Positions 40,001-49,021 of a stretch of DNA of 64,000 nt are shown here, in pieces (position 1 is the stretch's first letter; every line of letters starts with the position of its first letter). Below the pieces are notes generated by a model. That model saw nothing but the letters and a program-made list of their open reading frames with translations. It was not told the origin of the DNA and searched no databases. The DNA is from a virus. A program made the translations under genes and the position numbers. The DNA is taken from the IMG/VR virus record IMGVR_UViG_3300020160_002696, positions 1 to 64,000 of that record. One strand, 5' to 3'.

Positions 40001-42787
40001 GCTACTTTCATCTAAAGGCATATCAGAATAATACTCAAATGTCTTTTGTCTATCTTTCCAATATGTTAACCAATTGGTTTCTGATTGTGTCATAAAACTT
40101 GGTGCTGTTGCACCATAAACTAAAGGAGTAAATGATAAACAGTTTAAATCAATTTCATTTGGTTGTTTATAAACAAATTTTAAATCCCATCCAAAAAACT
40201 TTCCTACTAATAAGTTTCCAAGACCAATACCTTGAGTATTATTATTATTATAATATGGTGAATTTGGTAAAAATATTCCTGCATTTACTTGGTCCCATTG
40301 TATGTATAATTCCCAATTACCTGTAAATCCACCATTAGAGTTTAATAGAGTTGATAAAATATTAGTATTTGCCTTAGGAATAAGTGTAAAAGTGTTACTC
40401 AGTTGTAATATTTTATCCATTTGATAAGTTTTATTACTATAAGGTGCAAATGATTGTCTAAATTTAGTATAATCAAATGATGTGGTGAACTTCACATTTG
40501 AAAGTGTTGTACCTGTACCAGAACTAGCTCTTTTTAAATTTATTACTCTTCCATTAGGTGCTCTTAAATTAATTAATAAATTAGTTATACCAGCTGGATT
40601 TGTTAAATTTAGTTTAATCTCAATATCCATAGGATTTATATCAGAAATATTATTAACATATATTCTGGATATTAAAAAACCTATAGTGTTTTGGTCAATA
40701 TCTTGAAAAGTATTATTTGAATATGTAATATCATCTAAACTATTAACTAAATTAAATGATGTTGAACTTGGTAATCTATAGTCACCTGTATCAGTAAAGA
40801 AATTTAATTTACTTGCAACATCATAATCAACAAATAACATTTTAGATTTTAATCTTGATTCAAAATTATCATCCAATAAATTAAAATTTAAAGGAGGACT
40901 ACTATAAGTTGCAGATTGTAATAAAGAAGTATTTCCACATATAATTAATTCTTCTGAATTATAATCAAATATTTTGTTTACTGATAATCCATCATATAAA
41001 AATGCTTCTTCGCTACTAATTATAGTATTTGAGTATTGATTAAAAACACCATTAGAAACACCTATATTAGTAAATTTATTTATATCAAGTCTTAATATAC
41101 CATTATCTCCAGAAAAAAGAAAATAGTTTGAAGTTCCTTTTTGTTTTATATTAGTTATATCACCATAAATTGAATTAAACTCTAAATAAATAAAATCAAA
41201 ATTAGTTACAGAGTTTAAATCATTTGCAATTATCTTACCATCATTAGTAACTAATAATAAAAATTCTTTGATTATTGTTGCACCAGAATCTCTTGATTGT
41301 TGTATATTTTCATTTGAACTTGATAAGTTCCAATAAACATTTGAATAAATAATATCATTAATATTATCAACTAATAAATATTCTTCATAATCATCAATAA
41401 ACTTTGATATTCTTCTTTTATATGCAGTCCATCCGGAAATATCTTCTTCTAATTCTATAAAAACTCCTGTATTACCTACAATATAAATTTTATCTTGAGA
41501 TTGAAAAAGTACTTTATTATAATAATAAGATTCAAAATCATCCACAATTATACTATCCCAGTTTAATCCACCATCATTAGTTATTAATATTGTATTTAAG
41601 TCACCAACCACAACACCTTTTAAATTATTGTAAAATGATATTGACTTTAAATTCTTTGTTATATTAATATTAATTTTTTCTAATAAAAAATCATGTTTTC
41701 TAACTTTTAATAAAGTTCCATCATCTCCACATATCCAATAATACATTTCAGTTTGTGTAATTGCTCTTAAATTAACTTTATATTTATTAGGAATTATATT
41801 TGATGTGCCAGTTAGACCTGTAAATTGTTGTGTATTTAATATAACACCAAATTCACCAACTGCAATAGTTCTCTGTGGAATACTATAAGTAATTGAATTA
41901 ATTTTATAAGTTTGTGAATCATGTTTTAAAACATCATAATAGTTAATTTCAAATAGATTGTTATAATCTACTCTATTTCTTAATAACCAATTATGTTTTT
42001 CAATAAATTCAACAGGTTCATTCAAAGATGAAGTTGGGTAATATCCACTTAATAATCTACTTAAATGAAATTGTCTTTGTGTATTAATAGTACCTAACTT
42101 AACTGAAATACTATATCTTATACAATCTTCATATAATGATAAATCATCAGTTTTAGTCAAATAACCATTGTTAAACAGGTATATTCCATTTTCAGAATTA
42201 TAATAGTTATATTCTATTGTTGTTCCATAATCTTGTACTAAAGTATAATTACCCTTAAAGTATGTATTAGGATCAGTATCAAATGGTAATGTTTCAATTG
42301 ATATTTGATCTTTAACTAAAAGTCTATGACCATTAAGTAATTTAACACCATCAACAATAAGATTTGTATATCTTGTACTTAAATTTATTTGTTCAGTTGT
42401 AGCAACATCAACATATAAATAATTAATAGAATCCTTTATTAATCTATCAGGTGTAAATAAATTCTTTAATGTTAGTCCATACTCAGATAAATATTTTGTA
42501 TAATAATTATTTGAAGTTATTGCATTGATTGGACTTGCATTTTGTGGAATTGCAGTATAAGAATATTGAGAACCTGAACTATCTATGTACCAGTTTCTTG
42601 GCTCATATTCTCCTAAAATATCATAGATATTATCTACTGTATTAATTGGTAGATAAGTAGCACCACTAAGACACTTTGAATAGTATCTTGTAGAAACAAG
42701 TTCTTGTTTCAAGTAATCAAAATTACTTTTAGTTAATTGATCCTCTGTTATAACCCATTTGTTATAATCTTTATTAAATATCCACAT
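37010..42787 (-). CDS. Giant virion protein (tail-fibre-like N-domain, Ycf48/BNR-like propeller, P-domain-like, GxW repeats)
   Basis: VDVATT...IVDGV...LLVKDQ...ENGIY; GVVVGDLNTILITNDGGLNW; LLINLRAPNG...GNWEL; long GxWxxGxW repeat C-terminus. Confidence 0.7.
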   Translation of the reverse strand: MWIFNKDYNKWVITEDQLTKSNFDYLKQELVSTRYYSKCLSGATYLPINTVDNIYDILGEYEPRNWYIDSSGSQYSYTAIPQNASPINAITSNNYYTKYLSEYGLTLKNLFTPDRLIKDSINYLYVDVATTEQINLSTRYTNLIVDGVKLLNGHRLLVKDQISIETLPFDTDPNTYFKGNYTLVQDYGTTIEYNYYNSENGIYLFNNGYLTKTDDLSLYEDCIRYSISVKLGTINTQRQFHLSRLLSGYYPTSSLNEPVEFIEKHNWLLRNRVDYNNLFEINYYDVLKHDSQTYKINSITYSIPQRTIAVGEFGVILNTQQFTGLTGTSNIIPNKYKVNLRAITQTEMYYWICGDDGTLLKVRKHDFLLEKININITKNLKSISFYNNLKGVVVGDLNTILITNDGGLNWDSIIVDDFESYYYNKVLFQSQDKIYIVGNTGVFIELEEDISGWTAYKRRISKFIDDYEEYLLVDNINDIIYSNVYWNLSSSNENIQQSRDSGATIIKEFLLLVTNDGKIIANDLNSVTNFDFIYLEFNSIYGDITNIKQKGTSNYFLFSGDNGILRLDINKFTNIGVSNGVFNQYSNTIISSEEAFLYDGLSVNKIFDYNSEELIICGNTSLLQSATYSSPPLNFNLLDDNFESRLKSKMLFVDYDVASKLNFFTDTGDYRLPSSTSFNLVNSLDDITYSNNTFQDIDQNTIGFLISRIYVNNISDINPMDIEIKLNLTNPAGITNLLINLRAPNGRVINLKRASSGTGTTLSNVKFTTSFDYTKFRQSFAPYSNKTYQMDKILQLSNTFTLIPKANTNILSTLLNSNGGFTGNWELYIQWDQVNAGIFLPNSPYYNNNNTQGIGLGNLLVGKFFGWDLKFVYKQPNEIDLNCLSFTPLVYGATAPSFMTQSETNWLTYWKDRQKTFEYYSDMPLDESSKVEISTDFCKSSIASTKGIFSITNTLDNISRLAPSLLDSTQSRFNGLGLIPISGPNELYDIYFYGYLMIVRVSTSFPVSVGDVINLSSSVVDSQFVVNKIKNITNFTHLSPILRTINRTSKYLYMYMDFNDNIITELIKTQDPITITNLNKFQNLDQLQERFNIHPISHGYQLTYNNPNNITIDAKFNNITSYYNLATQVIATGVNEANIPITIKREMIYTDGFLKFGYTPTYNILDYLEGLNDTTNLTTAKFTVDKEYYAMPHYKAIPMQASLSANSTGAYFNFNGIDFSSNNTKPSNILQFGTDLELEWESIFIDTFVDIIMYSDNDYYNPPVGTTYSTDRLLVTKKYYNSIDNTYDIEFGKSIIFPIGIQPRFIDILSRRTLLQISEDLQELNNIHRPRFNNRIIDNVNNNFYNYDRTTNYKISTDSYTKILLSDVDTIKELSAIIYTDYKNELAMNITKLAREFNIKITDTDVDNDKLLIICGEKHELKNSDGVILEFNGGTFSSEFLNQQYFGYHIVNVVDEYKVWIDIPYINNTIVNDTGFLKYTKSDPFFNYQPVDIIDVGVNKKGKIAIELSIDNLKLTNDVYSLINVDYNKYRFRLIDGLNIETLSLQYPWMLEAEVSGALLGLDINGLVWYKGYWECGRWFGGTWISGTWKSGDWYEGTWNSKRITDNLISVEVDNSVSDTIQSTWFGGRWYDGTWNNGTWVDGRWYGGTWNNGEWYRGIWNDGTWNNGILSGGIWNDGTWNGGIFNCDNDPAYWLKGKWNGGDFENGIWYDGIFEEKNSLARFGTKAYNSRTANWRAGKWLSGSFYSRMITNNDGLPIVSTSHKYSIWKTGAWFTGDWYGGIAYNMDFQSGNWYGGILEDIQVIGITYNSDDDRYITLNGEFDFNIDDEINILNTFGLTNSIEGQYKVIEPSFVDSINKITKLFINISPGYNTIDNDSETGLRVVSRFRSTNWKSGVWTNGIYETGLWEGGIWYNGIFKDGANWM

Positions 42788-42790
42788 AAA

Positions 42791-43006
42791 TTATTTTCTT
42801 ACTTTTAATTCCCACATAACTGTCTTGCTGTCAACCAAAACTTCATTTTTCACAATGTAAACTTTTGACTTTTTTAATATCTCTCTTAGTTTAATTATGA
42901 AATTTTCATATTGATATATGTCTTCTATATAATCTGAAATATCAATTAAAAAGTAAGTTTCCTTTGAGAATATTAAATCATAAATTAAATCGTCTGTTTT
43001 CTTCAC
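42791..43006 (-). CDS. Hypothetical protein (GTG start, or ATG at 43026 with a homopolymer frameshift)
   Basis: Late promoter at 43030-43038 directly precedes ATG 43026, which is out of frame across an A7T7 run. Confidence 0.55.
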   Translation of the reverse strand: MKKTDDLIYDLIFSKETYFLIDISDYIEDIYQYENFIIKLREILKKSKVYIVKNEVLVDSKTVMWELKVRK

Positions 43007-43107
43007 AACAAAAAAATTTTTTTCATAATTATATATTAAATAATATAAGCTCTTTAAATATGAACAGAGAAATAAAGTAAATGAATATATAAAAGAAAAA
43101 ACTATTT

Positions 43108-43863
43108 ATGAGAGGAAAAAAGTATTCTAAAAAGGAAGATGATGTTGTAAGTACACCTAAAACTATCTTACAACCTGAGATTCCTAAGTTTAATATTCAG
43201 AAAATATCATTTGAGTTGAAATGTAAAAATTCCTCTCAAAAAAAATTAGTCAATCTAATTAATAACAATGATATTACTATAAGTGCGGGTCCTGCAGGTA
43301 CAGGTAAGACTTATCTTGCTTGTGCTCAAGCTCTGAAACTTTTAAAAAGTGATAAGAGATATGCAAAAATACTCTTAGTGAAAAGTGTTACTGTACTTGA
43401 AGGTGAAGATGTTGGATTTTTAAAAGGAGATTTAAAAGAGAAGATGTTTCCTTTTACAATCTCTTTTTTGGATAATTTCTATAAGTTAATTGGTGAAGAT
43501 AATACAACTGCTATGTTAAATGAAGGTTTGATTGAAGTTTTACCACTTGCTTATATTAGAGGTAGAAGTATTGATAACTCAATTATTATTGTAGATGAAG
43601 CTCAAAATATTTCTCTTAAAAATATGAGAAGTACTTTAACAAGAATTGGTGATAATTCAAAAATGATTATTACTGGTGATACTAAACAAATTGATATTAA
43701 AAATAAAAGATTGTCTTCATTAGATACTGTAGTTTCTATATTCTCTGGTAAACCAAATATTGGTACTATGGAGTTTCAAACTAAAGATATTGTAAGAAAT
43801 CCAATTGTTATGATGATTGAAGATGAATTTGATGCTTGGGAAGAAAATCAACCTAAAAAATAA
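43108..43863 (+). CDS. phoH: PhoH family ATPase
   Basis: GPAGTGKT, GFLKGDLKEK, LAYIRGRS, IIVDEAQN, TRIG, TGDTKQID, DIVRNP. Confidence 0.95.
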   Translation: MRGKKYSKKEDDVVSTPKTILQPEIPKFNIQKISFELKCKNSSQKKLVNLINNNDITISAGPAGTGKTYLACAQALKLLKSDKRYAKILLVKSVTVLEGEDVGFLKGDLKEKMFPFTISFLDNFYKLIGEDNTTAMLNEGLIEVLPLAYIRGRSIDNSIIIVDEAQNISLKNMRSTLTRIGDNSKMIITGDTKQIDIKNKRLSSLDTVVSIFSGKPNIGTMEFQTKDIVRNPIVMMIEDEFDAWEENQPKK

Positions 43864-43886
43864 TATTGAAATTTAATATATACAAT

Positions 43887-44108
43887 ATGGAATTTATAGT
43901 AGAGTTTAAGTCTTTTTATAATGTTGGTGATATTGTTCTTATAGAATATTGGTATAATGACATGATAACACCCTGTAAGGTTGTAGAGAAGCTTTCTAAG
44001 ACAAAATATAAAGTAAGTCATAATATTCCTCAATCAGAAATTAAAAATGCACCAGATGAAGAAATTAAATCATCTGATATAATAGATAAATTAAAAAACC
44101 CATCATAA
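43887..44108 (+). CDS. Small SH3/Tudor-like protein
   Basis: ATG after TAATATATA (43874-43882); YNVGDIVLIEY...CKVVEK. Confidence 0.55.
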   Translation: MEFIVEFKSFYNVGDIVLIEYWYNDMITPCKVVEKLSKTKYKVSHNIPQSEIKNAPDEEIKSSDIIDKLKNPS

Positions 44109-44119
44109 GATGGGTTTTT
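44094..44119. terminator. Bidirectional terminator
   Basis: aaaaacccatc-ataa-gatgggttttt between convergent genes. Confidence 0.8.
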
Positions 44120-44120
44120 G

Positions 44121-45398
44121 TTATGTGAAAAAATGATATTCATCATCACCTAATAGTTCATCTACTAAATTCTCATAGAAGTATCTATCATAGTCATTCT
44201 CCATATCTAAGTATTGCTCTCTGACAATTTCAAGTTCTTCTTTATTTAGTTTGTTACTTGAAAATTTAGTCATTATCCAATCATAATGTTTTACACCAAA
44301 CTCACTATCAAGTTCAATTAGTTTACCACCATTATCAAAGTAAGTTTTAGATTTTTTTCCTCTTCTTGTTTTCTTTGGTTTGTCAAAAAAATCATCTGCT
44401 AATAAATCATTTCTATCTGTATAATGAGTATAATTACCATCTTCATCTTCTTCATCTAAATCTTCATAGTAATTGTAATCTCTTGTTTTAGTAACTCCAC
44501 CTGTTCTACTCCAACCTGTACCTGTTGTTGGATAACTTCCAACACTTCTTCTTGAACCATGCCAATCCGCATCTTCATCATCCCATTCATCAAATCTACT
44601 ACCACTATAAATACCACTCCATTTTGAAGTTTTGTATTCTTTAGCTTCATAAACTAATGGATCTCTTTTAGTTGGTAAGTTTTCCCAATCTACTTTTAAA
44701 CAAGCATTTGCTAATTTAACTAAGTGTTCTATATCTTGACTTTCATTGAAAGTATGTTCTTTGTAATATCCAACAGATACATTTGTACATTCTGGAATAA
44801 GGTCAACAAACTCAGCAGAGTCTGTATAAACTCCACCATCATCTTTTACATAAGAAAGGCCTGATTTATTTAATTCTTGACAAAATGCATCTGCAAATTC
44901 ATCTGAACAACATCTTGACCAAGACTGGTGTGTAATAATTGAAGTTGTTGCTCTTCTATCAAATGAAATTATTCTATCATAATCTTTGAAATCACCAGAT
45001 TTTGCTGCAGCACTTGAACCAACACAACCTACTTCTTCACCAATAAAAAAGTAATATAATCCTGGAATTTTATTTTTCATCATCCAAGTAAGTATTGTAA
45101 CACCTGCTTTATCATCTGCACCTAAAGTAGTAGTACCATCTGTTTTAATCATAAATCCATCAAGTACATGAGTAACAGGTTCATGAACTTTTGAAACTGT
45201 ATCAAGGTGAGAAGCAAAGATTGTTTTTGACTCACCAATTTTACAGAAATAATTACCATGTTCATCCATATCTATTCCTTGTGGGAATAAACCAAGTTTG
45301 AACATCTTATCAGCAATAATATTCTCACTACCATGAGGATATGTATTCTTTGTAAGTTCAATAAAAACTTCTGGTATGAATTCTGTAGATTTTGTCAT
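44121..45398 (-). CDS. M28/M20-clan zinc peptidase with acidic C-terminal tail
   Basis: SHLDT, LGADDKAG, GEEVG, SFDR, YTDS, NVSVGYYKEHT. Confidence 0.85.
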   Translation of the reverse strand: MTKSTEFIPEVFIELTKNTYPHGSENIIADKMFKLGLFPQGIDMDEHGNYFCKIGESKTIFASHLDTVSKVHEPVTHVLDGFMIKTDGTTTLGADDKAGVTILTWMMKNKIPGLYYFFIGEEVGCVGSSAAAKSGDFKDYDRIISFDRRATTSIITHQSWSRCCSDEFADAFCQELNKSGLSYVKDDGGVYTDSAEFVDLIPECTNVSVGYYKEHTFNESQDIEHLVKLANACLKVDWENLPTKRDPLVYEAKEYKTSKWSGIYSGSRFDEWDDEDADWHGSRRSVGSYPTTGTGWSRTGGVTKTRDYNYYEDLDEEDEDGNYTHYTDRNDLLADDFFDKPKKTRRGKKSKTYFDNGGKLIELDSEFGVKHYDWIMTKFSSNKLNKEELEIVREQYLDMENDYDRYFYENLVDELLGDDEYHFFT

Positions 45399-45416
45399 TA
45401 TTTAGATTTATTTTAA

Positions 45417-45448
45417 CAAAGATAATACAATTAATTATTTTTTCCAAA
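45417..45448 (-). promoter_or_regulatory. Bacteroidota-type promoter
   Basis: TTTG-N20-TATCTTTG. Confidence 0.75.
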
Positions 45449-45494
45449 CAAAAGAATAAAAATCTAATATATAAATTGTAGCTGTTATATAATT

Positions 45495-45548
45495 CATGTC
45501 GGGTATCAATAGGATACCATTGAGATTTTGAAAAGAATCAAAGATATG
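45495..45548 (+). promoter_or_regulatory. Predicted three-way-junction RNA in a 5' UTR
   Basis: catgtc/gatatg, ggtatc/gatacc, gatttt-GAAA-agaatc. Confidence 0.45.
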
Positions 45549-45571
45549 GATCCAAAAATAAATTAAAACAA

Positions 45572-46525
45572 ATGGCAAAAATGCTTAAAACAACTACCAC
45601 TCCAAGTGCGTGGGTAGTTAACTCAAAAGATAGAGGAAGAAAATCTATCAAAAAAGGAAAAGTCTATCTACAAGACAAAGAAGAATTTCAAATTGAACTT
45701 TTCAATCCTTTACAAGACTGTGTACTAGCAGACATCAAATTAAATGGTAAATCAATTTCACAAACAGGTTTGGTATTAAATCCAGGTCAAAGATTTTATT
45801 TAGATTGTTTTATTGATGATAAAAAGAAATTCATTTTCAATACTTATGAAGTTGAAGACACTACAGAAGTAGCAAATGCAATTGCAAAAAATGGTTTATT
45901 AGAAGTTTTCTTCTATAAAGAATCAGTAGTTACATTAGAAAATTGGAATAATAAATTTAATCGTATTCTTACTGGTAGAACATATCCTTATTGGACTAGT
46001 TATCCTTGGGGTACAACAAATCCTTATACTGTTTATTATGGTAATGGTATTACAAATACTAATTCATTTAATACAGGTACAGGTACATTAGGTAGTGGTT
46101 TAGTTACAACAACTGCAAATACAGGCAATGTTTATTGTTCAACAGGGGCAATTGATTTAACAAATCTTAAATCAACAAATAATGCATACTATTCAAGTAC
46201 AATTGATTCTATACCAATTAATAATTCTATTCAATCATCATATTCAAGTACTATTGAAACTGGTAGAATAGAAAAAGGTGAAAAATCTAAACAAAAGTTT
46301 GAATCTGTTGATATGGACTTTGATAATTATTACATTGCATCAACTATAGTTCAATTACTACCAGATAGTAGAAAACCAGTTGAAACAAAAGAAATAAAAA
46401 GAACTACTACAATATCTCTTGATAGTATTGTTCTTTTGGAAAAACTTGGTGAACTTCATAAAGCAGGAATATTAACAGAAGAAGAGTTTACAACAAAGAA
46501 AGAAGAATTGCTTTCTAAAATATAA
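45572..46525 (+). CDS. Conserved phage protein with C-terminal SHOCT-like helix pair
   Basis: EFQIELFNP...IKLNG...GLVLNPGQ; C-terminus LEKLGELHKAGILTEEEFTTKKEELL. Confidence 0.7.
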   Translation: MAKMLKTTTTPSAWVVNSKDRGRKSIKKGKVYLQDKEEFQIELFNPLQDCVLADIKLNGKSISQTGLVLNPGQRFYLDCFIDDKKKFIFNTYEVEDTTEVANAIAKNGLLEVFFYKESVVTLENWNNKFNRILTGRTYPYWTSYPWGTTNPYTVYYGNGITNTNSFNTGTGTLGSGLVTTTANTGNVYCSTGAIDLTNLKSTNNAYYSSTIDSIPINNSIQSSYSSTIETGRIEKGEKSKQKFESVDMDFDNYYIASTIVQLLPDSRKPVETKEIKRTTTISLDSIVLLEKLGELHKAGILTEEEFTTKKEELLSKI

Positions 46526-46547
46526 TTAAAAATAATAACAGCTATAT

Positions 46548-46575
46548 AAAAAGAGAGTTTTTAACTCTCTTTTTT
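46548..46575. terminator. Intrinsic terminator
   Basis: aaaaagagagtt-ttt-aactctcttttt. Confidence 0.8.
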
Positions 46576-46589
46576 TTTATATATAAGTT

Positions 46590-47975
46590 ATGATAAAAAG
46601 ATACTTACAATTTATTAAAGAACAACAATTGTCTTTATTCCCTATGGATGAAGTAATGAAACCTGTTGAAGAAATAAAAACATATAGACTTGAAGATGAT
46701 AAGATTGAAGAACTATTTGTTGAAATGAGTGATGAGGGATATACAATTGATATTGAAAGAGGTTTTGTAGAAACTGAATTTAGATATAGTGGTGGAAAGT
46801 ATCACAATGATTATAAAGTATTTGGACAGAAATTAGTTAAAGGTGAGGTAACTCCTGCATACTGGGTAAATATATATGATACAAAACCAACAAGTGATGA
46901 TGTTACTGATGTTGTTTTAACTGCAATTGATTATTTTGAAGACCTTGGTTTTGAAGCTAAAGTATATGAAAATAAGAGTGAGGTAAATTTAGATGAATTA
47001 TTAATACAAGGTGGGTTCTTTTTGAAAGATGAAAGTGGTGATATAACTAAAGATATACAAATAGATGATAATATCGGCTTATTTGTAATGGATAAGAAAG
47101 AAACAAAAATTGATGCTAAAGAACTTTGTGAGTATTATGAATGGTTGTCTGAAAAAGATAAAGATACTTTTATAGAAGGTGATGATATTTATATTGTTGT
47201 TGGAATGGAAGATTTGGCTGATATATTATTAGGTGATGAAAAAAGTTATAAAAGTCAATTAATTGATGGTATAGATGATGATTACTATTATAGTTCAGAA
47301 TATTATCCAGATACAAATTCTTTACTTAGTCATGATTTGAATAAAGAAAATGAAGTTCTATTAGTTAAAGCTTTAATTAAAGAATATGGTGGATTAGATG
47401 AACTTGTTAAAGAAGCAGATAATGATAAATTAGAAGGATTAACAGAAGATGAAGTTATAGAATATCTAACTAAAGAAAGATATTACTATACATTAATTGA
47501 GTTATGTAAAAATTCTGATTTAGTACAAGATATTAAACAAACTTATGGTGATTATGCAGTAAGTGCTCATCAAGATGCAAACTATCAAGAACTTGTTAAT
47601 GAGTTTGATAATATTGTTGGTGATAGAAGTTATGGTGCAGAATTATCATATAGTAAATATGATAAAGAAGTAGAAGTTAAAAAGACTTATACTAAACAAG
47701 ATGGTACAAGAGAAACACATACTTATCCAGAAGTTCAAACATTTTATAAAATAAAGTTTGATAATAAATGGCTTGAGAACTTTGATTATGACTTCTTACA
47801 AAATGAATCACTTTATGATATATTTAGAGAGTATTGTCAGGCTTGGTTAGGAACTTTTAAGTTTGAACCTCACTTTTCTGATTATGGTTCAGTTGATTTA
47901 AAAGAATTTAATGGTGATGTTACTTGGATGTTAAATAACAAACTTGGTATAGAAAATAAAAGAAATCCTTCATAA
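46590..47975 (+). CDS. Acidic protein with capsid-targeting-like leader (MIKRYLQFIKE)
   Basis: Shared motif; TTTATATATA at 46576-46585. Confidence 0.65.
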   Translation: MIKRYLQFIKEQQLSLFPMDEVMKPVEEIKTYRLEDDKIEELFVEMSDEGYTIDIERGFVETEFRYSGGKYHNDYKVFGQKLVKGEVTPAYWVNIYDTKPTSDDVTDVVLTAIDYFEDLGFEAKVYENKSEVNLDELLIQGGFFLKDESGDITKDIQIDDNIGLFVMDKKETKIDAKELCEYYEWLSEKDKDTFIEGDDIYIVVGMEDLADILLGDEKSYKSQLIDGIDDDYYYSSEYYPDTNSLLSHDLNKENEVLLVKALIKEYGGLDELVKEADNDKLEGLTEDEVIEYLTKERYYYTLIELCKNSDLVQDIKQTYGDYAVSAHQDANYQELVNEFDNIVGDRSYGAELSYSKYDKEVEVKKTYTKQDGTRETHTYPEVQTFYKIKFDNKWLENFDYDFLQNESLYDIFREYCQAWLGTFKFEPHFSDYGSVDLKEFNGDVTWMLNNKLGIENKRNPS

Positions 47976-47985
47976 AGAAGGATTT
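47963..47985. terminator. Bidirectional terminator overlapping a stop codon
   Basis: aaatccttc-ataaa-gaaggattt. Confidence 0.75.
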
Positions 47986-47991
47986 TTTATT

Positions 47992-48369
47992 TTAGTAACA
48001 ATCTCTAACTATTTTAAATCCAATTGACTTTAATAGAGAGATTATTTCTTTAAATTTAGTATTTGCTTCTTCATCAGAACTAAAATATAATGTATGATGG
48101 TTTTCACTATCATTAATAGAATACTCACTAATAAGTAATTTATTTAATATTTCTTCAAACCAATTGTCTTCAAGAAAGATATAATCTGATACACAATCAT
48201 CATCTTTCTCAACAGGTCCCCAATAAATATCATAATACCTTTTATTTGTACCATATTTTATTTCTCCCCAATTTTCTCCCTTTTCAATTGCAATTTTCTT
48301 GGTTTTTACTTCTGATATAAGTGATGAATCTTGTAAGTTGCTAATAGATATTGGATATAGATTTGTCAT
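47992..48369 (-). CDS. Hypothetical protein (host-type promoter)
   Basis: Preceded by TTTG-N20-TATCTTTG. Confidence 0.65.
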   Translation of the reverse strand: MTNLYPISISNLQDSSLISEVKTKKIAIEKGENWGEIKYGTNKRYYDIYWGPVEKDDDCVSDYIFLEDNWFEEILNKLLISEYSINDSENHHTLYFSSDEEANTKFKEIISLLKSIGFKIVRDCY

Positions 48370-48391
48370 ATTTTAGTTTTTTAGTGAGTAA

Positions 48392-48423
48392 CAAAGATAA
48401 TATAAATATATGATATAACCAAA
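48392..48423 (-). promoter_or_regulatory. Bacteroidota-type promoter
   Basis: TTTG-N20-TATCTTTG. Confidence 0.75.
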
Positions 48424-48431
48424 AAGATTTT

Positions 48432-49004
48432 TTATTTTTGTAAGTTCATATATTCTTTTAACTTCAATAACAAATAATCTGTTATTAAGTCTGATGTTTT
48501 TATTGAGTCAATAAATTTAGCACTTACTCTTACAGACTTACTCACCTTTTCTACTTCTGAACCATCACCAGTTGGAGTTACTTCTGAATATTCTCTTTCA
48601 TTTAAAGGAATAATAAATGGATGATACTTTGATGTCATTCCCTTAGAGATATACAAAGGTTTTAATGGATCTAATTTATAATTCTCATTGACTACTATAC
48701 CAGCTTCTTCTTCAAGTTCTCTTAACATAGCAGTTTCAATTGCTTCACCAGTTTCTACTTGTCCACCAACTACAGTTGCATGATATTCTTGACCATCAAC
48801 ATATTTATAAGTTGGGATATATTCATATCTTAAAATGAATTCATTTTTCTCAATTAAGTAAGGAATACAAACAACTAAGTCTCTTTCTTTTATAATTGAC
48901 CAATCTTCAAAGTCAATAACTTTTATAGCTTCATCTGAGTAAAGAACTTTTTCTTTACCTTCTTCAAATTCATTTTTAGGTTTCATCTTTGAAAACTTAT
49001 CCAT
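48432..49004 (-). CDS. Nudix hydrolase
   Basis: Nudix box GGQVETGEAIETAMLRELEEEAG. Confidence 0.88.
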   Translation of the reverse strand: MDKFSKMKPKNEFEEGKEKVLYSDEAIKVIDFEDWSIIKERDLVVCIPYLIEKNEFILRYEYIPTYKYVDGQEYHATVVGGQVETGEAIETAMLRELEEEAGIVVNENYKLDPLKPLYISKGMTSKYHPFIIPLNEREYSEVTPTGDGSEVEKVSKSVRVSAKFIDSIKTSDLITDYLLLKLKEYMNLQK

Positions 49005-49021
49005 TTTATTTTATTTATTTT

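Noticed and set aside
45495-45548. Known riboswitch or hammerhead ribozyme
   Set aside because: Lacks the CUGAnGA core and any riboswitch consensus I recognise; kept only as an unknown structure.
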